From: a virus
Lineage: Duplodnaviria > Caudoviricetes
Direction: 5' to 3' (one strand)
Length of the DNA stretch: 64,000 nt
IMG/VR virus record: IMGVR_UViG_3300017987_005501
Shown: positions 9,261-18,670 of the stretch, in pieces
How positions within the stretch are numbered: position 1 is the stretch's first letter
How the letters are laid out: each line of letters begins with the position of its first letter
Program-made: the position numbers and the translations under genes
The notes under the pieces: generated by a model
The model's input: the letters and a program-made list of their open reading frames with translations, nothing else
What the model was told of the DNA's origin: nothing
Database searches by the model: none

Positions 9261-10328
9261 CTAGATTAGACTAAGGGAATCTTCGAAATGAGATAAAATA
9301 GTATCAATATCTTTTTTGGAGAGGATTAAGGGAAAATGAAACCTAACGAGGATGTTATTAAAGGTATTGACCAAAATCTGATTTTTCTTAAAAATATTAG
9401 ATAAAGAAGTGGTATTTTCCCGTCTAAAACTGATAGAAAAATAGAAGCCCCAATTTTTAATTTCTAAAATCTTTTTGGATCTTTTCTTAATTAGATCGAG
9501 TCTTTTTCTTATATAAAGATTTAAGTCAGATACATTTTTTAAGTATTTTTGTTGTTCGTTTAATAATTCATAGGCCCGCAAATAATCAAGGTCCCAAGAA
9601 GTTTTATTTATAAATTCTAGATTTAAATTAGAAGAAATCCCTGATAAGTTAGGGAGAACTTTAAAAATAACTAAGTGAGGATAAAGTTCTAAGCCTTGGC
9701 AAATGAATGGAGTCCCCGTTTGCCCGCAATAAAAATTACTCTCATCAAAAATTAATAAAGTTTGGTATTGGTCGCAAAGTTTCTTAAGTTTTTTTAGAAA
9801 ATTAAACCTAAAGGATAAGTCCCTTTCAAAAGTTTGGATGGGGTTTAAAATAAAGGCAGCTACGTTTACAGAATTCAACTTGAAAAGGGTCTCAATCCTA
9901 TCTAATACCTCGTTTTCTGAGTCGGTATTGGGTTCTGGAGGAGAGGTAGAAATTGCATTATAATCTTCTTGTAATTTAGAATGTTTCGAATTCGTAAAAT
10001 AAAAGATTTTCGGGCTTAAGTCCCTAAACCCTAATTTAGAAGCCATTCTTTTTTTGTACCTAATAGAAGATTTAATAGCCGATTCAAGAGCAATATCTGT
10101 ATTATTAAACAAAACGGTTTCTCTAAAAGATTTTGGGATTTGGGACTTCCAAAAGCTTAAAAATATATCTTTGATATTGCTTTTCGAGGTGGGGGCAGTA
10201 AAAATTAAATCATTAAACTTATTTTCTAGTTTTTTTAAATTGGGATTATTATCCCCCAGAGGGAGTGGAGAACAGAAATTGTAATTTGATTCGGAATTAA
10301 GTTTTTTATCACTCATAAAGGTCTCCAT
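9261..10328 (-). CDS. Degenerate class III PLP aminotransferase (L-lysine 6-aminotransferase-like)
   Basis: IALESAIK, AAFILNPIQ, LKKLCDQYQTLLIFDE and CGQTG echo LAT motifs, but DEVQTG and FGKK are altered; start may be 10316. Confidence 0.6.
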   Translation of the reverse strand: METFMSDKKLNSESNYNFCSPLPLGDNNPNLKKLENKFNDLIFTAPTSKSNIKDIFLSFWKSQIPKSFRETVLFNNTDIALESAIKSSIRYKKRMASKLGFRDLSPKIFYFTNSKHSKLQEDYNAISTSPPEPNTDSENEVLDRIETLFKLNSVNVAAFILNPIQTFERDLSFRFNFLKKLKKLCDQYQTLLIFDESNFYCGQTGTPFICQGLELYPHLVIFKVLPNLSGISSNLNLEFINKTSWDLDYLRAYELLNEQQKYLKNVSDLNLYIRKRLDLIKKRSKKILEIKNWGFYFSISFRRENTTSLSNIFKKNQILVNTFNNILVRFHFPLILSKKDIDTILSHFEDSLSLI

Positions 10329-11103
10329 GCTAACAGGGTCTTACTATTCTTACTCCCGCCTAAATTCCTTCGTGACCTGCCCCTACCAATTTAAGTTAAA
10401 ATATATTGATGGGCTTGACACTAAGCAGTCTATTGAAGCTTATATGGGCTCTAACGTACATTATACTTTAGAATATTTATACAAAGAACTTCTTGAAAAG
10501 AAACCATGCCCAAGTTTAAAAGACCTCCTAATATATTATAAACAACAATGGGAAGATAATTGGGAAGATTCCATTTTTATTATTAGAGATAAGTCTAAGA
10601 CATACTATTACCGCCTTGGGCAACATTGCATTAAATTTTATTATAATGTATACCAACCCTTTGAAGAGAAAACGCTGGGGATTGAATACGAGGTTGACTT
10701 TAAGCTTAAAGGTTATAGGGTAAAGGGGTATATCGATCGTTTGGTTGAAAAAGATGGGAATATACTAGAAATTATAGATTATAAAACCGGGAGGGTCTTC
10801 CCGACTAAAAAAGAGTTTAAGGAAAACCTACAACTAGCATTATACCAATTAAAGATCCAAAAAGAATTTCCCGATAAAAAGATTTACCTTGTTTGGCATT
10901 ATCTTCAAAGAAAAAGAACGGTTAGATTATTTAAGAAACCTAAAGAACTCTTAGAAGCCAAAGAAAAATTCTTAGCAACGATTAAGCAACTTGAAAATAC
11001 AAAAGTATTTCCCCCTAAAAAATCTTTCTTATGCGCTTGGTGCTCTTTTAAGGATTCTTGTCCCGTGTATACTTTTCAAGGGATTCAAAAGTGTTCTTTT
11101 TAA
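10327..11103 (+). CDS. PD-(D/E)XK RecB/Cas4-like exonuclease
   Basis: SYSRL..F.TCP, GYIDRL, IIDYKTG, QLALY, C-terminal CAWCSFKDSC. Confidence 0.85.
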   Translation: MLTGSYYSYSRLNSFVTCPYQFKLKYIDGLDTKQSIEAYMGSNVHYTLEYLYKELLEKKPCPSLKDLLIYYKQQWEDNWEDSIFIIRDKSKTYYYRLGQHCIKFYYNVYQPFEEKTLGIEYEVDFKLKGYRVKGYIDRLVEKDGNILEIIDYKTGRVFPTKKEFKENLQLALYQLKIQKEFPDKKIYLVWHYLQRKRTVRLFKKPKELLEAKEKFLATIKQLENTKVFPPKKSFLCAWCSFKDSCPVYTFQGIQKCSF

Positions 11104-11942
11104 AGGGTACCAGTTACTTTAATCCTATGAGTATGTTTTCCCTCAACCCCATCAGCTGGAAATACAATACCCCCTTTTACCTCGTGCTTATGCGTATATG
11201 GGGATTGAATCCCATTCCCAACATTAAATGCTTCTAGAAACCCATCGCCTACTTGATTAAGGTAAGCATCGATATGTGTATGGGAAAAAATTTGTAACTC
11301 ATCAACCCCAGGCTTTGCTTCCGTTGAATCATATAATCCAGTTAAAAATCGATGGATTGAATGGGTATGGAATTCTTCTAACCTCTGTCCATTTCTTTCA
11401 GCAGGACCAACATAAACCCCATCAACTATATGGTAATGTTCGTTCGAGCCGCAGGCATCAAACAAAGAGGTTGACCCTCTTCCCGATAAGTTTGGAACTA
11501 CCAAATGGAAATGTTCTGTAATCCTATCGTTTCCAATAACCCCACCTGTTAGGTATTCCCTTTTTTCAGACTTAAAAATTCTATAAATTTTAGATTCAAT
11601 GTTTGCAGCAATCCCATAGTTTGCAAGAACTGCTGTTATTAAGTCATTTAATTTTTCAACCTCTTTAGGGCGAGGCCCAAGTTTAGCTTTTTGTTTCTCT
11701 AAGAAATTTGTGTTATATGAAACTGTTTTAAATATTAGAGTATATCTTTCTAGTGAGGTTTCCACCTCTAGGCTTGACTCAATAGGGACAAGCCCATTCT
11801 TCTTTAATTCCAGCCTCAAGGCCTCTTCTAAAACCTTAAATGAAAATTCTTTTTCTAAGTCAAAAAGAGAGCTGATCTCGCTTGGGTAGGCAAGACCAGC
11901 TACTGTTTTTGTTTCATATATTTTAAGTGGTTTAGTCCCCAT
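11100..11942 (-). CDS. Protein with repeated HxH motifs (probable metal binding)
   Basis: EHFH, EHYH, FHTH, SHTH, THKH and KHTH in the C-terminal half. Confidence 0.65.
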   Translation of the reverse strand: MGTKPLKIYETKTVAGLAYPSEISSLFDLEKEFSFKVLEEALRLELKKNGLVPIESSLEVETSLERYTLIFKTVSYNTNFLEKQKAKLGPRPKEVEKLNDLITAVLANYGIAANIESKIYRIFKSEKREYLTGGVIGNDRITEHFHLVVPNLSGRGSTSLFDACGSNEHYHIVDGVYVGPAERNGQRLEEFHTHSIHRFLTGLYDSTEAKPGVDELQIFSHTHIDAYLNQVGDGFLEAFNVGNGIQSPYTHKHEVKGGIVFPADGVEGKHTHRIKVTGTL

Positions 11943-13458
11943 TAGTCCCTATAAACCTTGTTGAAGGCCGAACCGCTCCCCGGTCAAAAACAAGTTGTTG
12001 CATTGACCTGTCCCCTTGTTGGGAAGAGCTAAATTGTCGGCAATCCTCTGCATATTGTAAAATAAGGAAATCTTTTAATTCCCCTATTGTTATTATACCA
12101 TTAGAGTCCAAATCTGCAGCACCATTAACTGCCCTTCTGAAAAATAGTGAAAGGTATCCACCAGCTCTAAATCTACTAGCCACTAAGGAAGTCATGTCCT
12201 CTTCTGAAGAGAAAAATCCAACTCTATTAGGGGCAGATATGACATCCCTACTGAAACCACCAGCAAAACAAGCATCTAAGACAATTAGCTTCAAGGCATC
12301 GTCATTTAATGTTCCAAATAAATCGTTCATTTCATCGTCTGAGACGGGACCACCTGGAGTATGTAATGTTTCTTGTCTTCGATCGATTTCATCTTCGTAC
12401 CGAGAATTTTCACTCGAGCGACTTCCATGCCCGGAATAAAAAAAGATAAAAATATCATTGGAATCCACCTGCTCGCTCATAGTCTCAAAGGCATTACGAA
12501 TACTTGTTGGGGAACATTCTCGGTCCAAGAGTAATATCATTTGATTTTCCGCCATTAAATCCTGATTAAGGTAAGCTTGAGCCAACTCTTCCGCGTCTTC
12601 TCTACAATACCTTAAGTTTCCCCATCCACCGTAGTCATTACAACCGCAAAAAATACCATAATAAGTAATATCGCTTGGCAAAATTTCATTTGTTCTTGCT
12701 TCGATTGTTAAGGTATAAGGACCTACTTCATGTGCATAGGAAGTACAGGAGATTCTATAGACTGCGTAACGGGGTAACAATTCAATCCGGGAATTAGTTG
12801 CTTCAAAATCATCATTTTCGACCGAGAACTCTTCCGCTTCTAGCTTTAGGTAACAATCAATTTCATCCGATTCCATCGTAATAATATATCGTAGGTCAGC
12901 CGAAACAACCAAGTCGTAGTAGTCTACAAACTTATTTTCGTTAATAATATCCGTTTCTGTTAACTCCCCTTCAAAAATTCCAGGCTCTTCAATCCTGATT
13001 ATTTCCGGTTCGGATGGAAGTTCGGGGGCACTCAATGTTAAGGTATAGGTACCAGTTGTTTCTTTTTTAAAGGTGGTTACAATAATATAATAGTTTCCAG
13101 TAATTTCTGCAATAAAATCTAATTCAGAGTCCCGGTTAAAAAGGCCGATGTCGTCGTTTTCAAAATAAGTGTCTTCTGGGCCTTCTATTTTTAGGAAAGT
13201 ATCAAACTCATTACTTTCCAGCCTAACAGAACATGTTTGATCTTCTTTTAATGAAAAAGAATAATATTTATAATATTTCTCTTCTTCCTGCGCACAAGAT
13301 TCATCAAGGGCATCTTCTATAACCGCCCCGTTTTCAATTTCTATAGGTAACCCTCTTGATCCTTCCAAGGGTGGGGCAGGTTCTATTGATTGTGCGTTAG
13401 CTATAGATACAAAAGAAATAAGAAATAAGACGAGAATGGGGGACTTAAATTTAAACAT
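11932..13458 (-). CDS. Secreted caspase-family (peptidase C14) protease with two PPC-like domains
   Basis: Start reassigned to ATG 13458 (AGGAGGT SD). Signal peptide MFKFKSPILVLFLISFVSIANA; two NDD..(D/N)S...Y.I..T..G.YTL modules; catalytic FYSGHG and LDAC. Confidence 0.85.
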   Translation of the reverse strand: MFKFKSPILVLFLISFVSIANAQSIEPAPPLEGSRGLPIEIENGAVIEDALDESCAQEEEKYYKYYSFSLKEDQTCSVRLESNEFDTFLKIEGPEDTYFENDDIGLFNRDSELDFIAEITGNYYIIVTTFKKETTGTYTLTLSAPELPSEPEIIRIEEPGIFEGELTETDIINENKFVDYYDLVVSADLRYIITMESDEIDCYLKLEAEEFSVENDDFEATNSRIELLPRYAVYRISCTSYAHEVGPYTLTIEARTNEILPSDITYYGIFCGCNDYGGWGNLRYCREDAEELAQAYLNQDLMAENQMILLLDRECSPTSIRNAFETMSEQVDSNDIFIFFYSGHGSRSSENSRYEDEIDRRQETLHTPGGPVSDDEMNDLFGTLNDDALKLIVLDACFAGGFSRDVISAPNRVGFFSSEEDMTSLVASRFRAGGYLSLFFRRAVNGAADLDSNGIITIGELKDFLILQYAEDCRQFSSSQQGDRSMQQLVFDRGAVRPSTRFIGTNGD

Positions 13459-13489
13459 ATAACCTCCTAGGGGTTTAATAAAGAAGGGT

Positions 13490-13933
13490 TTAAGCGCAGC
13501 TACAAACTTCTCCACCACAAATGGGGCAGAGAGTTTCGGCTTCTGCTGGTTTCCCTTCAAGGTGGGAGAGTGGTTCTTCTAAGTGTTCTGGGAATTCTTC
13601 AACTTCGTGTTGTTCGATTAATCCTACCAGTTCCTCTACTAGAGGCTGCTCCCAAACAACACCATAATTATTGAGAACATTAATAACCCTAGACTGGAGT
13701 TCGTAAATTTCAGAGTCTCCTTCCATTTCCATAACTTGTCCACAACCTTGGCCTTTACCTGGGCCAGCACCCTGACCATGTGGGCCCGTTTGGTCTCTGA
13801 TAAAGTCTGGGGTTGCTATAGGAAGAGGAGCTGGCATTTCTGGAACCATAATATCTCCAGTAAGCCCATAGTTGGCTTCGAGTTCTGTTGCAACACGAAG
13901 AAGCATGTTTGAAAGTTTTCTCTTATTATCCAT
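13490..13933 (-). CDS. Hypothetical protein with C-terminal CPICGG..C.C
   Basis: 147 aa; N-terminal LLRVATELE helix. Confidence 0.7.
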   Translation of the reverse strand: MDNKRKLSNMLLRVATELEANYGLTGDIMVPEMPAPLPIATPDFIRDQTGPHGQGAGPGKGQGCGQVMEMEGDSEIYELQSRVINVLNNYGVVWEQPLVEELVGLIEQHEVEEFPEHLEEPLSHLEGKPAEAETLCPICGGEVCSCA

Positions 13934-13987
13934 GATTTTCCTTTACCTATGAGAATTGTCGAATTAATCTCATTAGGTACTAATTAT

Positions 13988-14000
13988 TAATGGATTATTA
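13988..14000 (-). promoter_or_regulatory. Conserved motif TAATAATCCATTA
   Basis: 55 nt upstream of the start at 13933. Confidence 0.6.
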
Positions 14001-14020
14001 GATTGTTCAAAGGGAAGGAG

Positions 14021-14344
14021 TTAACTACCTTCCGATTCTTTTTTTAAGGCTTCCCGCAACTTTTGAAGCCGATGTTCTGCCTTCTTTCGAGACTCTTTTT
14101 CAGTTTCGAAGGTAGATTCTAGTTTAACGTTTTGTTCCCGTTGTTCTTCAAGTTCTCGCTTACGCATTAGAAGGGTAATCTCAAGTTCTCGGATTTTATT
14201 ATCCTTAGTGGAACTTTCGGCCTCAACCTTTTTCCTTTGATTTGCGTGATATTTTCGTAAAATACCAAAAATAACTGCAAGAACCATACTTAAAATCTCA
14301 ATTAGTAAACGGAAGACTTCAGAATATGATTCGCTGGGTAGCAT
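14021..14344 (-). CDS. Single-TM plus coiled-coil protein (holin/spanin-like topology)
   Basis: Hydrophobic LLIEILSMVLAVIFGIL followed by a coiled coil. Confidence 0.6.
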   Translation of the reverse strand: MLPSESYSEVFRLLIEILSMVLAVIFGILRKYHANQRKKVEAESSTKDNKIRELEITLLMRKRELEEQREQNVKLESTFETEKESRKKAEHRLQKLREALKKESEGS

Positions 14345-14411
14345 TGAGGGTGCCTCCTTGCAGATTTCAACTTAAATATTTTTTTCAATCGTTACACTTT
14401 ATGGAAGATAA

Positions 14412-14424
14412 TAATAGATTATTC
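14412..14424 (-). promoter_or_regulatory. Motif variant GAATAATCTATTA
   Basis: 68 nt upstream of the start at 14344. Confidence 0.5.
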
Positions 14425-14467
14425 TATTTTAATCTCCCTATAATATATACGGAAAAAACAGAAGGAT

Positions 14468-15355
14468 CTATTTTAGAAAAAGGATATCGTAAATTTCATT
14501 TCCATGAGAAGACATATCTATTTCATAGTTTAGAACTGAATCTGCCAAGTTTTTATTTTTCTGAAAGATTTTAATCTTACAAGACCCAGCTTCGCGGAAA
14601 TCTGAAAAAGAAACTTTATTTCCTGAGGAATAGGATATTGTTCTAACTTTTGAAGTCCCCACAATCATGGTATTTTTATTAATGGCCAAACCCCGAACAT
14701 ACCCACCACCCAGATCAAAAACTTCTCCAGACAAACTCCTAATACAAGATTTGGCAGACTCACAAAAATAAATTGTTCCATTTTCCGCTAGAAGAGTATG
14801 GGGTTGATATAACTTCGAATAATATATTTTATGTTCTGATACGCCCTTAATACAGCCATTCATTGAAAAAATCCAATTATCTTTTTTCGGGCCAAAAGCA
14901 GAATAATAAAGATTTCCTCCATATGAAAGAATGGAATTTAGGTGGATTAAATCTTTTGTTGAATCCTCTGCTACAAAGTAATCTGTTTCAACCAAAGTAT
15001 GGATATTAAATTTAATTATTCGATTGGTCCCCGTGGAAGCAATTAAAATATGGTTACGGTCTAAAACTTTTAAATCATGCCCACCTTTGACCTTTTTTAG
15101 TCCTATAAGTTGTTTAACCCTAAAGTTTTTATCAAGCCGGGCTAAAAACGAATCATATTTTTGGACTAAAACGAAGTAATCCCCCTGTATCTTCGTAATT
15201 CCGGTTAACCCAACCATATTTAAGGCAATAAATTCGGGAATAAAAATTTCGTCTACTTGTTTTGTTGCAAGATTTACTTTATATAAAAAGGTATGGGGGG
15301 AAGCAAATTGAAAATTTTCTTTTCTTTTATTTGGAATTGTTACAAGGATTTTCAT
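14468..15355 (-). CDS. Beta-propeller protein, DUF4915/TIGR03032-like
   Basis: HLNSI, L.QPH, LYFCES-like and GYVRGLA motifs. Confidence 0.55.
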   Translation of the reverse strand: MKILVTIPNKRKENFQFASPHTFLYKVNLATKQVDEIFIPEFIALNMVGLTGITKIQGDYFVLVQKYDSFLARLDKNFRVKQLIGLKKVKGGHDLKVLDRNHILIASTGTNRIIKFNIHTLVETDYFVAEDSTKDLIHLNSILSYGGNLYYSAFGPKKDNWIFSMNGCIKGVSEHKIYYSKLYQPHTLLAENGTIYFCESAKSCIRSLSGEVFDLGGGYVRGLAINKNTMIVGTSKVRTISYSSGNKVSFSDFREAGSCKIKIFQKNKNLADSVLNYEIDMSSHGNEIYDILFLK

Positions 15356-15945
15356 AGTAAGTCAGATTCTTCCATTCTCGCTGTGAGTTTCTTTATTGTC
15401 TTCCAGGACATTCTTACATAGGAAGGAAAATTAGGATAAAGTTTTTCCAAAAATTTCATAGTATGAACGTCTCCAGGATAACCTGAACATCTAATACCAT
15501 GATTTATTAAAGCATTATCTCTAGAAACTTTTGCTAAGATAGAAGCAGCCATACATGTTAAGTAATTAGAATCTGCTTTGTGTTCCGCAATAATCTCTGT
15601 ACCTGGAACTTCTATCATCTTTTTGTACTTGTGAGGAACAGGATGGGGGCAATCTACAAAAACCTTATCTGGGGAGAATTTTTTAATTAAGTTTTTAGAA
15701 TAATTTGCTTCCAGTTGAAGTAAATTACCCGAATCAATTTCTTGGGGAGAAATTTCTTTAATTTCATAAAAATCAAGAATCTCTACTAGTTTATCGAAAA
15801 GTTTTTGTCTTTTTGGTTTAGGAATTTTTTTAGAATCGTTTAAGCCTAATTCTTTTAGTTTTTCTTCGGAAGTTACTCCGGCAATAGCAATGTGTAACGA
15901 CCCTAATACGCAACCTTTTCCAGCTTCATCAATGCCAGCTAACAT
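15352..15945 (-). CDS. rnhB: Ribonuclease HII (archaeal-like)
   Basis: GIDEAGKG, DSKK, EHKAD, AASILAKVSRD, SGYP.D and VR.SW.T. Confidence 0.92.
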   Translation of the reverse strand: MLAGIDEAGKGCVLGSLHIAIAGVTSEEKLKELGLNDSKKIPKPKRQKLFDKLVEILDFYEIKEISPQEIDSGNLLQLEANYSKNLIKKFSPDKVFVDCPHPVPHKYKKMIEVPGTEIIAEHKADSNYLTCMAASILAKVSRDNALINHGIRCSGYPGDVHTMKFLEKLYPNFPSYVRMSWKTIKKLTARMEESDLL

Positions 15946-15991
15946 GAAACAACCCTTTCTTTTTAAATCTAATACGAAAGGGTTTTAAAAC

Positions 15992-16531
15992 TTAATCTTT
16001 TGGTTCGTCAATTTCTTCGGGTATTTCAGGAAGATCTTCTTCTAGTGTTTCCTTTTTGGGAGCTTCTTCTGAAAAATCTAATGATTCCCCGAAACCCTCA
16101 TCTAAAGCAGGAGGTTCCTCCCCCTTAAATCTATTTCCTGGGAAAACCCTATCGTGCCTTGCCTCAATTTTAGGCCAATCCTGGTTGATTTTTTGCTGAA
16201 TTAAGCTAGAAATAACATTTACATCCATCTTAGATAATTTTCTATCTAAAATCCCGTAATCTCGCAGTTTTTGGAGAATCTCTTTGGTTAGAAAGTTTTT
16301 AATAATTTCTTCTCGGGCACTGAGATCTCCAACCCCGTCTAGGTCGTTTTCAATCCTTCTCCTTCTTCCAAAGAGTTGCGTATAAATATAATCGATGTCG
16401 TTTGTAACAAGGAAGTCGGCTGCTCGAGAAGTGGCCTCTGTTATATCGAAATCTGAAACGGACGGCAAACTAGCCGCCCGTTTCATAAGGAGAAGTGCTC
16501 TATTTACGAGTTTATGGGAAAGAGATATCAT
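15992..16531 (-). CDS. Hypothetical protein
   Basis: 179 aa ORF in operon context. Confidence 0.7.
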   Translation of the reverse strand: MISLSHKLVNRALLLMKRAASLPSVSDFDITEATSRAADFLVTNDIDYIYTQLFGRRRRIENDLDGVGDLSAREEIIKNFLTKEILQKLRDYGILDRKLSKMDVNVISSLIQQKINQDWPKIEARHDRVFPGNRFKGEEPPALDEGFGESLDFSEEAPKKETLEEDLPEIPEEIDEPKD

Positions 16532-16533
16532 TT

Positions 16534-17406
16534 TTAGTCATTATCGTCTTCAGGAGACTTAAATCTCTCGAGATCCTTGCTTTCTTTTTCTTCTTTTTTC
16601 TCCTCTTCCTCAACAAATTGTTCGGGAGTCATAATAATTGAAGAATCCCCGCCTGCACGCAAAACAATTTGGTTTAGGAGGGATACTATTTTTTCTTTTT
16701 CTGTCTCTTCGCAGATTCCTTCAAACAAGTCATCAATTTTTGTAAAGATGTTTGCATTAGTCCCATTAATAATTAACATAATGTAGTCGCGAATATCTTT
16801 ACGCCTTTTTTCCTCATCAAGTTCATTTATAGTATCAAAAACTAAATTTAATACCGTTTTGAAGTTGAAAGGGGAATTCGCTGTTTTCGAATCATAGATA
16901 AACCGGACGGCATCTAAAACTGACCCTTCGCTGATTTGCGGACAATATTTTTCTGCTAATTTTTCAAACGCAACTTTTTTAGATGCTCTTTTATTATAGT
17001 AGTATGAAACTTCCCTGAGAATTGGGAAGACGTTAGAACTATAATAAATATTAGCTACCGCACTTAAACTAGCAATCCTAGACATTTTTCCACTTACACC
17101 TTTGTCCAAGTTAAATTTTCTATTCTGCTCTAGCATATAGTCAGTATAGAAGTTTGGGCGGTCATGGTTAAGAAGATTAATATTAACCCCAACGTCGGAA
17201 TAAGGAGTTAATGGGACTAATTCCTCTGGTGCCCTTTGTTGTAACCCCCCAATTGGGAAGACAACGCTTACTTTTTGTATTTGTGGATGAACACCAGCGA
17301 CAATTCCCACATAAGGTGAAACTTGTCGATCTGAAATAAACCATTTAACAGGTTGGCCGATTGCAAAGTCTTCGGCAGCTACAGTCATGGGAAAAAGTGC
17401 TGGCAT
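16534..17406 (-). CDS. Hypothetical protein with SH3-like N-terminus
   Basis: GQPVKW...YVGIV..V....KV.V.FP...PEEL; KxAS-type motifs. Confidence 0.65.
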   Translation of the reverse strand: MPALFPMTVAAEDFAIGQPVKWFISDRQVSPYVGIVAGVHPQIQKVSVVFPIGGLQQRAPEELVPLTPYSDVGVNINLLNHDRPNFYTDYMLEQNRKFNLDKGVSGKMSRIASLSAVANIYYSSNVFPILREVSYYYNKRASKKVAFEKLAEKYCPQISEGSVLDAVRFIYDSKTANSPFNFKTVLNLVFDTINELDEEKRRKDIRDYIMLIINGTNANIFTKIDDLFEGICEETEKEKIVSLLNQIVLRAGGDSSIIMTPEQFVEEEEKKEEKESKDLERFKSPEDDND

Positions 17407-17408
17407 TT

Positions 17409-17666
17409 CTAGTCCTCGCTTTTATGTCTAATTTCTTCGGATTCTAGTTGTAAAGCATCTCTCACTGTTTTAATGATCACTTCGTTAATCAAAAAGCCGT
17501 TATAACGAAGATGCCGAAGAATCTCGCTTTCTAATAAAGGAGAATCGTTAGCCTTTAAGTCCTCGATAATCTGCTGAATTCTTTCTGTTAAGGCAGAAAT
17601 ATCTTCAGTTATTGTATTAATCATAATATCGGTGGCGAGTCGGCTAATTCGGCTAGAAAATTTCAT
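17409..17666 (-). CDS. Small hypothetical protein
   Basis: 85 aa, translationally coupled to the upstream gene. Confidence 0.65.
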   Translation of the reverse strand: MKFSSRISRLATDIMINTITEDISALTERIQQIIEDLKANDSPLLESEILRHLRYNGFLINEVIIKTVRDALQLESEEIRHKSED

Positions 17667-18061
17667 TATTTCTCAGAGAGTTTTTTCATTAGTTTAGAGA
17701 GTTTCTTGCCATCAGCCGCATCCTTAAAGCGGTCTGTATTTAGGTCACGGACTTCGTATCCTGGTTTATGCTTTCTTTCGTATTCCTTAAGAACTTCTTG
17801 CTCTTCAACGGGATTTTCGAAAGACTTCATATATTCTTCGTCTTCATCACTAATATAGGCACCTGCTTCATCATAACGTTTCATAAAAGAAGCTTCGTCC
17901 TTATCTCCCATCAGCCATTTACCTTGCTTCTCGAGAGCTTCTAGATTATCGCTAACTTCGTCGATAAGCTTAGCAAGGACAAGACGATCTGCTTCGCTAA
18001 GCTTCCCATTTTTCTCAACTTCGCTTGCGATTTTGTCTAGTTCGGTTGTAAAACGTTTCAT
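17666..18061 (-). CDS. Probable head protein, paralog A (WLMGD.DE family)
   Basis: Colinear with 18083..18538: IA.EVEK, WLMGD.DE, DE.YMK.FEN, VRDLNT. Confidence 0.75.
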   Translation of the reverse strand: MKRFTTELDKIASEVEKNGKLSEADRLVLAKLIDEVSDNLEALEKQGKWLMGDKDEASFMKRYDEAGAYISDEDEEYMKSFENPVEEQEVLKEYERKHKPGYEVRDLNTDRFKDAADGKKLSKLMKKLSEK

Positions 18062-18082
18062 TTTGTGTCTCTCTCCTTAAAA

Positions 18083-18538
18083 TTAAACTTTTCTTTTTGG
18101 AATTGTGCGAGCTACTTTATTCCCCTCAGGAAGATTTTCATCTCTCCAGGGATTTTTCCAATCAGCAGTTGATTTTGGATTATCTTCGGTATTTAAGTCG
18201 CGAACTGGAGGCTCTTTATGGACAGAAACTGTTTGAGATTCACGGCCAGCAGCATTTTCGAAAGGTTTCATATACCTCTCTTCATCTGCGTCGCCCATAA
18301 TGGTTCCAGTTTGGTTATAACGATTCATATACCGACTTTCATCAGTATCCCCCATGAGCCACTCCCCATTCTTCGTGCGGAAGCCGTGCTCCGAAGCAGC
18401 CTTTTCAAAAGCGTCATTTGCCTTATCGATACGATAAGCAAAATACTTTCTTTGGGCATCTGATAGGTATGGCGACTTCTCAACTTCGGCCGCAATCTCA
18501 TCCAATTGCGCAGCGATCTTAATTGGATTAAAACCCAT
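18083..18538 (-). CDS. Probable head protein, paralog B
   Basis: Start reassigned to ATG 18538 (AGGAG SD); paralog of 17666..18061. Confidence 0.75.
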   Translation of the reverse strand: MGFNPIKIAAQLDEIAAEVEKSPYLSDAQRKYFAYRIDKANDAFEKAASEHGFRTKNGEWLMGDTDESRYMNRYNQTGTIMGDADEERYMKPFENAAGRESQTVSVHKEPPVRDLNTEDNPKSTADWKNPWRDENLPEGNKVARTIPKRKV

Positions 18539-18670
18539 ATTACTTCTCCTTTTGGTTTCCATAAACTTCGATATTAATAATTCTTGCATATTTGTCTGCA
18601 AGGATTTTTGCTAATTTCGTATCCCCACTCTTGATAGCCTGTACAAGTTTTTTCTTTAATTTATCTTTCA

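Noticed and set aside
13459-13560. 34 aa N-terminal extension of the caspase ORF in the track
   Set aside because: It overlaps the upstream gene; a strong AGGAGGT SD and signal peptide point to ATG 13458
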